A stretch of 64,000 nt of DNA, from the NCBI GenBank assembly GCA_964592405.1, contig CAZQBY010000006.1, positions 13,007 to 77,006 on the forward strand, read 5' to 3'. The stretch is from an uncultured archaeon. Its GTDB lineage: Archaea > Altiarchaeota > Altiarchaeia > JAFGQM01. The notes beneath the pieces were generated by a model. The model did not search any database, was not told the DNA's origin, and worked only from the letters and a program-made list of their open reading frames with translations. Every line of letters begins with the position of its first letter. Positions within the stretch are counted from its first letter, which is position 1. Shown here one piece after another: positions 18,844 through 28,989 of the stretch. The translations under genes and the position numbers were made by a program.

Positions 18844-21800
18844 ATGCCTGATGAAAATCCACTCCAGAGGTTCTACTACAGCATCTCTGACAAAAGCTGG
18901 GCATTTGCCGAATGGCTTGAAGAAAAGGGCCTCCCGCTAGCGTCTTTCTGTGATAAATACCACATGCACCCACTCCTGCTGCTCGCTGTAATAGCAGTGG
19001 TTGTCATGGTCCTTATACTGTTGGCAGCCGGGGCTTTGGGTGGTGTTTCCTACGGCACCCTGACAGTCATCGTTACATCACAGGGGCCCTTGGAAGGAGC
19101 CACAGTTTATTACGAGTTCAATGGTCAGGTTGTAGAAAACACCACAGATGCTCTGGGCAGGACAGAAATACGGTTCCCCCGAGGCCCGGAGCTGACAGTC
19201 TATGTCCGGAAGGAGGGTTATAAACAGAACTCACAGACATTCATACTGGAGGAGGAAACCGGTGAGATTTCCATCTCCTTGGAGCGAAAGGTTGGAGATT
19301 TGGTTGTCAATGTTGATGTTGCCGGCGGCCGGAACCTGCCGAGCAATGCCTACATTCTGGTGGAGAGTCCGGGGGAGGTGGCACAGACGAAGGCCATTAG
19401 CAACAACATGGCCGAGTTTGAGGATCTGCCGGCCGGCCTGACTGTTACTGCATATGTGGTCATAGGCAACCAGAGGATACCGCCGGGTGGTGAAAATGTC
19501 GAGATACTGGAGGATACAGCAAAGGAAATAACAATAAGCATTCCTGAAAGTGCCCTAACAGTCAGTCTGGAGGTCAGGGTCAGGGACAGTATGTACCAGA
19601 ATCTAGACAATGTGGATGTTACCCTGTATGACTGGAATACCGGGAGGCCGTTAACTACTATGCAGACCACATACGGAGGCTCTGTTACATTCAATGATAT
19701 AGTTCTGGGAACGAGTGTATATGCTACAGTAAATCCATCAAGTTCACAGTACGGGTCATACAACGGCAAGCTGGAGGGCAACCGTCTGGATGTAACAAGA
19801 GACGGTCTGGTATATGAGGTAGTTCTGCCAATAATCGGACAGGTGCGCGTGTGTGTTTATGACCAGACCGGCACTCCTCTGGGAACAGGTACAATAGTTC
19901 TGAGAAGGGTTGACGGTTCCTCGGAGGCCAGCAGATCTATAAGCGGCGAATGTGAGGAGTTCTCCGGCCTGCCGGAGGGCATAGCAATATATCCAGAAGT
20001 CAACTCACCCGGCTACCTCACGCATGCCGATCCTTCAACTGCCAAGACAATAGACTATTCTACCATAACAGGCTTTGATGTCTTTATGCAGCCCATTAGC
20101 CCAGACCAGCAGGCTACGGTGGTGGTCCACGTGGAGGACTGTGAGGGCAATCCTGTGGACGGGATCAAGGTCAAGATAATAGATGCCTCCACACTCACGG
20201 TCCTGGATGAGGACCGGACGTCCTGCACGGGATCTACCAGTTTTGTTCCCTCCTGTGGAAATGCTGAGACAACAATCGAGATCGGCAGGGACATATATGC
20301 TGTTGCCTTTGATGATAACTATCAACTGGAAAAGTCCGGTGTTGAGACAGTTGGTCAGAATACCGTTCTGGACATAATAACCTGTGAGGTCAGCGGGGAA
20401 AATGTGGGGGCAGTCAAGGTTTGTGCATACAAAGACGGTGATCCGTTCGATGGGGCCGATCTAGAGTTGTATGACACCGGAGGGTTCCTCAGATGGACTG
20501 CAACAACTGACGAGGATGAGGAGGATCCGGACCACTGCTACACCTTCATCAACATACCTGATGGAACGGTAGTCTATGCCCGGGCCATCAATCTGGGCAC
20601 ATCTCCGGAGGTCAGTGGAACCTTGGAGATTGTAGGAGGCCAGACAGGCGAACTGTCCGTTTATGCAGGTTCACCGCCCGTAATCCTTGACGAGGGCGAT
20701 GTCGAAGTCTGTGTCACGGATGCCGAGACAGGGTTTCCCATGACCGCAAACATCACCCTCTATGACCTAATAACACAGCAGCCCATTATAGCTGGTGAAA
20801 CTGCAGGGGGCGGCTGCAGGCTTTTCGAGGGGCTGACTGCCGAGACCAACTCCGGCGGCAGGATCATACCAAGGGAGATATACATAGAGGTCTCAAAGGA
20901 CGGCTATGGAACCTATAACAGTATGGACAGCGGCGTTGTTCTTGAGATGGTCCCGAACGGCCTGCTTACTGTGAATGTCAACCTCTCTGAAGCCTTTGAG
21001 ATATGCGTTCAGGTAAGGGCCAGTGACGACAACCGTGCCATGAGGGCCGACGTAGTCCTCTACTACAACGAGACTGCTGATTATCCGATAGAACGGGTCA
21101 GGACCGATGCAAACGGCGTCGCCAAGTTCTACCAGGCGCAGAAGGATATCTATTACTTCAAGCTGCTGGAGAAGTACACGCTCTACGACCCGAAGGGGGT
21201 CTATGAGCTGGAGAAGGAAGAGGTCAGCGGAGGCAACTGTGGCGTCCTGATGCTTTACGATCTTGGAACCCTCTGCAACCTGGGTCTGGAAATTCTCACA
21301 GGCGGCGACAATCTGAGTGTCATCGCCGGACAGAAGCTGGAGCTGCCTATACGCGTGCTGGAGGATGGCAGGCGCGCTGACACATCCATAACCGACGAGG
21401 GCAAGACTGCGAACAAGTTCCATATACAGCTCATGAGTGGTGATGAGGCCAATCTGACGCTCAAGCTCAACAACAAGTTCCATCCCATGTCAATAGTTTA
21501 TGGCTCGACAAAATACAGTTCGGACCAGGAGATAATCGCCCAGATGATTATAGATGAGGTTGGCAGGTACAGCGGAATTTTCCAGATATCCAAAAATCCC
21601 TACTGTTCAAGACAGGCCCCCTTCAGGCTGAAAGTCTACAAGGAGCAGCTTTTTGTGAGCACGGACAGCATACAATTCAGGCCTCTGGAGGAGAAGAGCA
21701 AGAGCTTCTGCATCTATGTTGTGGATCAAGATGACCAACCTGTTACCGATGCAGGCGTAACCATACAGGTAGATGAGATGGATGGCTGGGGAGCTACTGC

Positions 21801-24800
21801 CACGAGGACTGCTGCATATGATGAGATAAGGCAATGTTACAGAGGCGTGGTGGTGTCAAGTATGGCACCGGATGAGGGAGGCATATATCCGCTTAACATC
21901 CTAGTCAGAAGGGGTAATATAAAGAAGATACATCAGGCTGAGGTTGAGGTAAGCATGGTCAGCCCGTGTGGCAACGGCAAGGTTGACAGCGGCGAAGCCT
22001 GTGACCCGGCTGCCGAGCCGACCGGCTGTAACGAGGGTCTGATTTGTACAGCCGAGTGCAGGTGCGAGGAGCCGCCCCGTGGTCTCCTGAGTGTCTCAGC
22101 CGATCCGGTCAGGATAAGCATAGGCTCCGGCAGGAGCTCGGGCTTCTGTGTAAGGGTTACAGATGATCTTGGCGAGGTCAGGGATGCACGGGTGACCGCC
22201 AATCTGTATGGCAGTGCCGGCTGGCCGCGAGATACGTCAATAACCGCGTCATATGATGTTGCCAAGAACTGCTATTATGTCCCAATATCAGAGTCAGTCG
22301 CCTGGCCGAGAGGGGTCAGATGGACCGGCAGTATCGGTGATTTGATGGAGTCAAAGACAATCTCCATAGCAGCGGTTCAGGGAGACCGCTCGGCTGCAAC
22401 CACAACCACCGCAAGCTTTGAGTGCGGCTGCGACGAGGAGCGCTGGTGTGAGTGGACCTGCCCGTGCGACGAGGACTGCGAGGAGGGCGGGGCAGGCAAC
22501 TTCAATCTGTTCAACTGTCTGGTTCTCCTGAACCAGCATGGCTACTATCCACAGGGCATCCCATACCCGATGTCATATCCCTATCCCACAAGCTACACCA
22601 GAAGAGGTTATCCGACTGCCGCATATCCCTCCCCCAACTACAGGCCGGGTGGTTATACGGGCTATCCGGCTCCAGCCCCAGGAGGTATGGGAATAACTCC
22701 GGGAGGTATGACGATGGGTGGGACGTCCATAACCAGCGGGGGAATCACATTTGGTGGAATAGGCAGCGGCCTGATTCTCAATCTGGAGGAGTGCAAAAAA
22801 CTCTTTGGCATAACTGATGACAACCGTCCGGGGACAAGAGGCTATGTCCTGGTGGTTGATGAACTCGGCGTTATATCTGGCAACAGGAATCAGGGGACCT
22901 GCAAGAAATTGCTGGATTATCTTGAGGGCAGGCAAACGGGCACTGGTATCACCACAGGCAGTGGCGCCAAGTTTGTCTATGTCCAGACTGGAGGAGGATC
23001 CAGCACCTGCTGTACATCACCATCGAGCGGAGGAAAATGCGACCGCGAAAATTTCAACAGGCTGGTGAATTCAGCTCTCAAAAAGGGCGAACCGTTCACC
23101 CAGATAGACATAACCCAGGTGAGTAGTCAGAATAACCTTGCCAGCAAATATGGTCTTAACTACAAGATTATAGGGAGCGGCGATAATGTGGTACTGTATG
23201 ATGGCAGCAAATTGTTTGCAAAGGGTGCGCTTTTCGGCGCCAGATCCAGAAAAACAGACGGACGGGCAACTGAGCACTATGTGTGGGGTGCCCTCAGGAA
23301 GGGCTACGGCCCTGCCGCCAGTGCTCTTGATGTATGGTTTAAAACATATCGCTCAAGCTCATTTGTCGGCTATCCAGAAGGCATAGAAGATGATGCAAAG
23401 ACCATAATCCTCACAGAATATGATGGCAACGAGCTTAAATCCAAAGGCTCTTTACTGACGGGAGATGAGGACGGCCTCCGGAGCAGCATGTTCTCAAGTC
23501 TGGGTGAAGGGACAAAGCTTATGGTGATAACTGACTACACCACCCTCCAGAACACCGAAAACGAGGTACTGAAGGAGGTCGCCAACCAGCTCAATGGCAA
23601 CACACCTCCGAAGTTCGAGACCCTCAAAGCCGACGAGCTTAGCTACTGCCACAATGGCGTCCCCAGGAAAAGTCAGAACCCATCCGGGTCTTCTCCGGGT
23701 GATGACCTCACCCTGCTCAGGGTCAAAAGCAAGCTTTACATGATGGGTCTGTCCGAGCTTGATGATATAAAAGACCTATGTGACTATCCTAGTGAGACGG
23801 ATGATAGTGAGAGGTACGTGATAAGCCTCAATCCCGGTAAGCTGAATCCGGACGCCTACAAGGACATTGCATACGTCAAGAAGAGGAGGGAGAAGACCCT
23901 CTTAATGGCCGGCAGAAGTGATAAGCTGGACAAGTTCATAGAAAAGTTCGAGCAGTCTCCCCCAACATCTAGTGGCTCCAAGATATACACCCTTACGGAC
24001 GGCAGCAATAAGCTTTACGGCATGATACGCGCGGCCTGTCACAGGGAGCAGAAGTGCATCACCAAGCTCAAAGAGAGGGAGATGAGGAAAAAGCTGACGG
24101 AGGGCATCACGTTCCCAAAAGACTACCAGAATGATGAGGCAAAGAGCAGGATAGCCACCTGCATATGCGGCGGCGAAGTTGGCAAGGATCCGGGCATGAT
24201 AAGGGTATCGTTGGATCTTGGACCAAATGCAGATATCAATCCTGAAGACTTTACCCTGTATATGACTGTCGGTAGGGGAGGATGGGAGAGATATTCCCTG
24301 AGCGATGATAGTAAGATAAAAATAGACAATTCACAACAGAATAATCTCTTAGTGTTTGACATAATTGATGTCCCGACTGACAAGGGAGATGTGCGTCTGG
24401 CAGTCAGTATGCTGAGTAGAAAAGAAGGGGTTACTAAGTGCATTTCGACTCTTACCTCTGAAGGAGAGCCAGCTACTGTGGAGCAGTCCAAGCTCAGGCC
24501 AAACGGGGTTCAAACCAATGCCCCACTTAAACTTATCCTCAATGGTCCCTGTATGGAGTCCGGGGGTAAATTCAGTGTAAGCGGGAACGTCGTGGATGCT
24601 TTTGGCCTCCCTGTAGCCAACGCTGTTGTGAATATATACCCCTCTGACATAGGTGGTGCATCTCCGCTGCCTGTAGTCGCGGGTTCCAACAGCAGGACCG
24701 ATAATAATGGCAAATTCACTATCGAGGTCGCCGGTGTGAATCCTGGGGCGCAACTATACGCAAGCGCGGAAATCTATGGCGAAACGACAGACAGGGTACC

Positions 24801-26037
24801 CATAGAAGGGCGGGCGGCTAGGCCGCGGTCTGCTGCCACAACAGGCTCGAGTAGTAGCCCATGGGCCCAGTGGTCTACTTCGCCAGCAGATGCGTCTTCT
24901 GACTGGGAATTAAAATTACGTGAGAACCTCAAGTTCAAACACCTCTACCAAGTCGGCTTCACGGGGACTCTCAAGAACAAGCAAGGAAAGCCGATATCGG
25001 GAGCAATTGTTACTCTGGTGCCCGAAGATGGTGGCAAGATTGTGGGTGGCCCGATGGAATCACCTAATACGAAATCATCAGGAAAATACACAACGATAGG
25101 CAAGGTCAGGGAAGGCACCTATAGGTTTGAAATAAAAATCGGATCCAATGTCAATAAGGCATATCTTGATAAGGAGCTTACAACTGAACTGAAGCTGAGA
25201 GTTGCAGGCGGCAAACTTTATAAGGTAGTTGGGGATGATACGGAACAATTGTCAGGGAAGCGAAGCAGTACGGGCAATTACATGCTGTACGACCTGGACT
25301 TGTTTGCTGATTCAAGCGACGGCGCTGCGGGAACGGCACCATCCGGAGCTGCGATTATCTGCGATCTTAAATATCTCCTAGCAGAAAAACCCGCAAATGC
25401 GGCAAAGTTTACAGTGAAGGCCAGAGTTTTTTGCTCTAAGGGGGCTACTGCGTATGCTACGAAAGATGATATCTCTGAATTTAAGTTCTCTATTGGGGAC
25501 ATTGTCAAGTCATCTAAGAACCCTGGAGACGGAGTTAAGGTAGAAGATAGGGGAGTTGGCAATTTTCTGATTTCATTAGATACGCCCATAGTAAGAACTA
25601 CTAAAGTCACCTTAATGATTGATGTTGATGGCGACGGGAAGAATGAAGTAATAAGGACAGGGAGATTAAAAAATCCAATCACGGTTAATCCTGAGAAGAA
25701 GATAACTTTGGAAAGACGCAGTTATAACGACAAAAAGTACGTAGTTATACTGGTGAATGGGATTATGTTAAAAGAGGAGGATAAGCCTATATATATAAAG
25801 CCAGACAAAGACTACCCCGATAAGTACTTCACACTATGGCAGGTACAGTTTGACCCCCAAGTCCCTGATGTACAGACAACCAAACCAGCTGATTGGGATA
25901 CACCACTTATATGGCAGGCTGATTCAGGTTGGACTTACACTGAACACCTTAACGGGGCCAGAATTATGAAGGCAGCGTATAATCGCGTCTTAAGTAAGGG
26001 TACCCCCGAATCCTATAATTTCTATAGCGGTTCTTAA
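18844..26037 (+). CDS. Giant surface protein P7 (~2397 aa): shared leader and TM, many carboxypeptidase-regulatory-like repeats, Cys-rich motifs, Pro/Tyr/Gly-rich segment, Lys-rich distal half
   Basis: FYYSISDKSWAFAEWLEEKGLP leader; repeated V(x)VxDxxGxPxxGAxV motifs; CGNGKVDSGEACD. ATG 18844 preferred over GTG 18763. Confidence 0.88.
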   Translation: MPDENPLQRFYYSISDKSWAFAEWLEEKGLPLASFCDKYHMHPLLLLAVIAVVVMVLILLAAGALGGVSYGTLTVIVTSQGPLEGATVYYEFNGQVVENTTDALGRTEIRFPRGPELTVYVRKEGYKQNSQTFILEEETGEISISLERKVGDLVVNVDVAGGRNLPSNAYILVESPGEVAQTKAISNNMAEFEDLPAGLTVTAYVVIGNQRIPPGGENVEILEDTAKEITISIPESALTVSLEVRVRDSMYQNLDNVDVTLYDWNTGRPLTTMQTTYGGSVTFNDIVLGTSVYATVNPSSSQYGSYNGKLEGNRLDVTRDGLVYEVVLPIIGQVRVCVYDQTGTPLGTGTIVLRRVDGSSEASRSISGECEEFSGLPEGIAIYPEVNSPGYLTHADPSTAKTIDYSTITGFDVFMQPISPDQQATVVVHVEDCEGNPVDGIKVKIIDASTLTVLDEDRTSCTGSTSFVPSCGNAETTIEIGRDIYAVAFDDNYQLEKSGVETVGQNTVLDIITCEVSGENVGAVKVCAYKDGDPFDGADLELYDTGGFLRWTATTDEDEEDPDHCYTFINIPDGTVVYARAINLGTSPEVSGTLEIVGGQTGELSVYAGSPPVILDEGDVEVCVTDAETGFPMTANITLYDLITQQPIIAGETAGGGCRLFEGLTAETNSGGRIIPREIYIEVSKDGYGTYNSMDSGVVLEMVPNGLLTVNVNLSEAFEICVQVRASDDNRAMRADVVLYYNETADYPIERVRTDANGVAKFYQAQKDIYYFKLLEKYTLYDPKGVYELEKEEVSGGNCGVLMLYDLGTLCNLGLEILTGGDNLSVIAGQKLELPIRVLEDGRRADTSITDEGKTANKFHIQLMSGDEANLTLKLNNKFHPMSIVYGSTKYSSDQEIIAQMIIDEVGRYSGIFQISKNPYCSRQAPFRLKVYKEQLFVSTDSIQFRPLEEKSKSFCIYVVDQDDQPVTDAGVTIQVDEMDGWGATATRTAAYDEIRQCYRGVVVSSMAPDEGGIYPLNILVRRGNIKKIHQAEVEVSMVSPCGNGKVDSGEACDPAAEPTGCNEGLICTAECRCEEPPRGLLSVSADPVRISIGSGRSSGFCVRVTDDLGEVRDARVTANLYGSAGWPRDTSITASYDVAKNCYYVPISESVAWPRGVRWTGSIGDLMESKTISIAAVQGDRSAATTTTASFECGCDEERWCEWTCPCDEDCEEGGAGNFNLFNCLVLLNQHGYYPQGIPYPMSYPYPTSYTRRGYPTAAYPSPNYRPGGYTGYPAPAPGGMGITPGGMTMGGTSITSGGITFGGIGSGLILNLEECKKLFGITDDNRPGTRGYVLVVDELGVISGNRNQGTCKKLLDYLEGRQTGTGITTGSGAKFVYVQTGGGSSTCCTSPSSGGKCDRENFNRLVNSALKKGEPFTQIDITQVSSQNNLASKYGLNYKIIGSGDNVVLYDGSKLFAKGALFGARSRKTDGRATEHYVWGALRKGYGPAASALDVWFKTYRSSSFVGYPEGIEDDAKTIILTEYDGNELKSKGSLLTGDEDGLRSSMFSSLGEGTKLMVITDYTTLQNTENEVLKEVANQLNGNTPPKFETLKADELSYCHNGVPRKSQNPSGSSPGDDLTLLRVKSKLYMMGLSELDDIKDLCDYPSETDDSERYVISLNPGKLNPDAYKDIAYVKKRREKTLLMAGRSDKLDKFIEKFEQSPPTSSGSKIYTLTDGSNKLYGMIRAACHREQKCITKLKEREMRKKLTEGITFPKDYQNDEAKSRIATCICGGEVGKDPGMIRVSLDLGPNADINPEDFTLYMTVGRGGWERYSLSDDSKIKIDNSQQNNLLVFDIIDVPTDKGDVRLAVSMLSRKEGVTKCISTLTSEGEPATVEQSKLRPNGVQTNAPLKLILNGPCMESGGKFSVSGNVVDAFGLPVANAVVNIYPSDIGGASPLPVVAGSNSRTDNNGKFTIEVAGVNPGAQLYASAEIYGETTDRVPIEGRAARPRSAATTGSSSSPWAQWSTSPADASSDWELKLRENLKFKHLYQVGFTGTLKNKQGKPISGAIVTLVPEDGGKIVGGPMESPNTKSSGKYTTIGKVREGTYRFEIKIGSNVNKAYLDKELTTELKLRVAGGKLYKVVGDDTEQLSGKRSSTGNYMLYDLDLFADSSDGAAGTAPSGAAIICDLKYLLAEKPANAAKFTVKARVFCSKGATAYATKDDISEFKFSIGDIVKSSKNPGDGVKVEDRGVGNFLISLDTPIVRTTKVTLMIDVDGDGKNEVIRTGRLKNPITVNPEKKITLERRSYNDKKYVVILVNGIMLKEEDKPIYIKPDKDYPDKYFTLWQVQFDPQVPDVQTTKPADWDTPLIWQADSGWTYTEHLNGARIMKAAYNRVLSKGTPESYNFYSGS

Positions 26038-26038
26038 A

Positions 26039-27316
26039 TCAGACCCCGACTCCAAATCCCTCTTCCGTCCTATCTGAAATTTCGCCCACATAGTCCTTGG
26101 CCATCTCCTCAGCCGGATTGAGGCCGTGCCCAAGCACCCACCCCAGCTTGACATAGGCGACCTCCGGCAGCATGTCCTCGGCGTATATCACACCAAGGGC
26201 CTTCATCCTGCGCGCGGGCTCATAGACGTAGGGATTGAGCCTCCCGTAAATGGTCTGCGGGGCGAAGACTACGGCGATGCCGCTCTCAATGGCGCGTTGG
26301 ATGGAATTAGCCCATGCCATCGGAACATGGCCAAGGCCTGTTGCCTCGATGACAATTCCCCTGAACTTTTTGTCCACGTAGTAGTCGATTACCCCCGGAT
26401 CTCCACCCGGATAGGCCTTGACCAGCGCTACCCTGTCCTCGAACTTGGTGTCTGCCACGGTCTTGCCCTCATTGGTCTTGCGATAATCGCTGAGCTTCTC
26501 GATTTTCCCATCGGGCGTGACCCTCATCAGCGGCTTGGCGTTTATCGACTGGAAGGCGTCCCTCCTTGATGTGTGCATCTTCCTGACTTTGACGCCCCTG
26601 TGAGCAACACAGGCCACATCGCTGAGATTTTCATGCATGCAGACGGCCACCTCTCCAAGATCAGATTTTGCCGCTAGATGTGCTGCACAGATTAGATTCA
26701 TGTTTGAGTCGCTGGAACCGCGGTCTGAACTCCTCTGCGCACCGGTGAGGATCACTGGTCCGGACAGGTCTTTCAGCATGAATGATAATGCAGCTGAGGA
26801 GTAGTGCATAGTGTCGGTCCCGTGCATCAGTACGACCCCGCGTGTGCCGGAGTTCAGTGACTTCGCCACCTCTTTGGCCATCTTCGCCCAGTGCGATGAG
26901 TCCATGTTCTCGGAGGCAATGTTGAACAACAGCCGTGCGCTGTTTATGTTGGCTATGTCCTTCAGCTCGGGCACAGTGAAGAATATCTCCTCCGGTGTCA
27001 TGGCCCATTTGACGCCCCCGGTTTTGTAATCCACACGGGATGCAATCGTCCCGCCACACCCAAGAAAATCTATGCTGGGCAACTTGGGATTATTTTTCAC
27101 TTTCCGAACCGGAATTCTATCAAGTTTGGCACTTCTTCTGAGATTTTTGACAGACCGGATTTTGTCCAGCCTGATGCCAATATTGTATCCACTGTCCAGC
27201 TTGAGGACAATATGATCCTCCTCTGCCAGCTCAGGCCGTGGCATGAGGACGCCGGAGTAGACCCTGTCCGCGGTCCTGACCTCCACATAGTCGCCGGGCT
27301 TTGCCCTTATCTCCAT
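26039..27316 (-). CDS. gatD: Glutamyl-tRNA(Gln) amidotransferase subunit D
   Basis: N-terminal KLDSGYNIG domain; GGTIASRVDY, HGTDTMHY, GAQRSSDRGSSD, KMHTSRRDAF. Confidence 0.96.
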   Translation of the reverse strand: MEIRAKPGDYVEVRTADRVYSGVLMPRPELAEEDHIVLKLDSGYNIGIRLDKIRSVKNLRRSAKLDRIPVRKVKNNPKLPSIDFLGCGGTIASRVDYKTGGVKWAMTPEEIFFTVPELKDIANINSARLLFNIASENMDSSHWAKMAKEVAKSLNSGTRGVVLMHGTDTMHYSSAALSFMLKDLSGPVILTGAQRSSDRGSSDSNMNLICAAHLAAKSDLGEVAVCMHENLSDVACVAHRGVKVRKMHTSRRDAFQSINAKPLMRVTPDGKIEKLSDYRKTNEGKTVADTKFEDRVALVKAYPGGDPGVIDYYVDKKFRGIVIEATGLGHVPMAWANSIQRAIESGIAVVFAPQTIYGRLNPYVYEPARRMKALGVIYAEDMLPEVAYVKLGWVLGHGLNPAEEMAKDYVGEISDRTEEGFGVGV

Positions 27317-27353
27317 ACAGGGTTTTTAACATCTGAGAACATAAAAAAACCCG

Positions 27354-27839
27354 ATGAGACAATACTGTGAACTATGCGGCAGTCCAAATGCGCGCTTTAG
27401 GGCCATGGTTGCAGGTAGCAAGGCCGTGGTCTGCGAGCGTTGTGCTGCAATGGGCGAGATCCTGGAGGAGCTACACGAACCACCAAAGCACTCTGAAATA
27501 AAGAGGATTGAGCAACAGAAAAGTGCCACAATAGAGAAAGCCAACAAGGCCGAAGAAGTGGTTGGGGATATAGGCGTGCTCGTCCGGCGCAAGAGGGAGG
27601 AGTTTGGCTGGAAGCAGGAGGAACTGGCCAAAAAAATCAGCGAACATGAGTCAATGATAAAGCGCATAGAACACGGTTATATCCCAAGCCTGAACATAGC
27701 CCACAAGCTGGAGAAGGTTTTGCACATAAGGCTGACGGAATATGTCACTCCGGGTAATCAGGAGTATGTTCCAAGCAGCAGGGGAGTAGCACCGACTCTG
27801 GGGGATGTTATAATCATAAAGAGAGAGAAGAAGCACTAG
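27354..27839 (+). CDS. mbf1: Archaeal multiprotein bridging factor (Zn ribbon plus HTH)
   Basis: CELCG..VCERC, HTH, C-terminal TLGDV. Confidence 0.9.
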   Translation: MRQYCELCGSPNARFRAMVAGSKAVVCERCAAMGEILEELHEPPKHSEIKRIEQQKSATIEKANKAEEVVGDIGVLVRRKREEFGWKQEELAKKISEHESMIKRIEHGYIPSLNIAHKLEKVLHIRLTEYVTPGNQEYVPSSRGVAPTLGDVIIIKREKKH

Positions 27840-28954
27840 AGCAGGCTGAGCAGATAGGGCAGTGCAACAAAAGTTCCTATTATGCTTCCAATATTTATAA
27901 GTGCTACAACCAGAAGTATCCTTGTGAACTTGTTCCTCCAGAAATCGCGCAGCCCCTGCAAATCACGAAGCTGGTTAAAATCCCGCACGGTAGGCTTCCT
28001 TATCTTGGCCTCTACCATTCCCCCAACCCATCCTGCCCCTATTGTCGGTATGAGGGAAGTTATGGGCGAGGATATTGCACCTGCGGCTATTGAGAGCGGA
28101 TGAGCCAGCGCGATGATGCCTCCAGCTGCTGTAAAGATAATATTTATGATGCTCCATAAAATCCAGTATTCAGGCAGTTTCTGGGGATTGCTCAGGCCAA
28201 TCCATATGAACATAGCTATTATAAGTCCGGTTATGCCGTAGAAGAGCCACCGCCACCTGAGGCGCGATTTTGGTATCTCCTCCAATCTGGAAAAGTCCGT
28301 TTTCCGGCTGGCCTTGAGATGTCTCTCTATCCCCTTCTTATGCCCCTTGCCAACAACTGCTACCGCCGGCCCATCCAGTTCCTTCAGTCTGCCGGCTATA
28401 TATTCGTCTCGTTCGTCTATCAGAACCTTTTTTGCAGATGGGGCTATCCTGGCAAGCTCCTTCATCATCTCGGAGAGAACATCCTCCCTTTTCAGCTCCT
28501 CAATGGCCGCTTCAGTTATCTCATCCATGCCAAAGACCGAGAAAAGAAATTCCTTGGCAATCCTGAGCTTCTCTCTGAATCCTGCCTTCCTCCACGCCCT
28601 CTTCAGGGTTATTGTTATTGGGCGGTCCACCAGGACCACCTTTGCTCCCACTTTTTTGGCTGCCCTGATTCCTGCCAGCATCTCATCCCCCGGCCTGATG
28701 CCCGTTTTCCTGCCTAACCTCCTCTCAAAGGCAGACAGGAGCGAATACCCCAGCAGAAAATATGCTTTGTTACCCCTTATCAGTTCAGTTATGGGGGTAT
28801 CCTCCCACCGCTTCTTCTTGGTGAGGGCTTCAAGACGGGGTTCACAGAGCTCAAGGGCAACATATTTGGGTTTTTCCCTGAGTATGGTCTCCCTTACCTC
28901 CCTGACGCTCTCCCCGGATACATGGGCGGTTCCCACGAGCGTGATTTTTGGCAT
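27836..28954 (-). CDS. traB: TraB/GumN family (pheromone-shutdown-like) protein
   Basis: LVGTAHVS, VALELC, LIDERD, VVGKGH and C-terminal TM helices. Confidence 0.9.
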   Translation of the reverse strand: MPKITLVGTAHVSGESVREVRETILREKPKYVALELCEPRLEALTKKKRWEDTPITELIRGNKAYFLLGYSLLSAFERRLGRKTGIRPGDEMLAGIRAAKKVGAKVVLVDRPITITLKRAWRKAGFREKLRIAKEFLFSVFGMDEITEAAIEELKREDVLSEMMKELARIAPSAKKVLIDERDEYIAGRLKELDGPAVAVVGKGHKKGIERHLKASRKTDFSRLEEIPKSRLRWRWLFYGITGLIIAMFIWIGLSNPQKLPEYWILWSIINIIFTAAGGIIALAHPLSIAAGAISSPITSLIPTIGAGWVGGMVEAKIRKPTVRDFNQLRDLQGLRDFWRNKFTRILLVVALINIGSIIGTFVALPYLLSLL

Positions 28955-28989
28955 TGCGTTATTTTAGGATGACTGCATAAAATACCATC

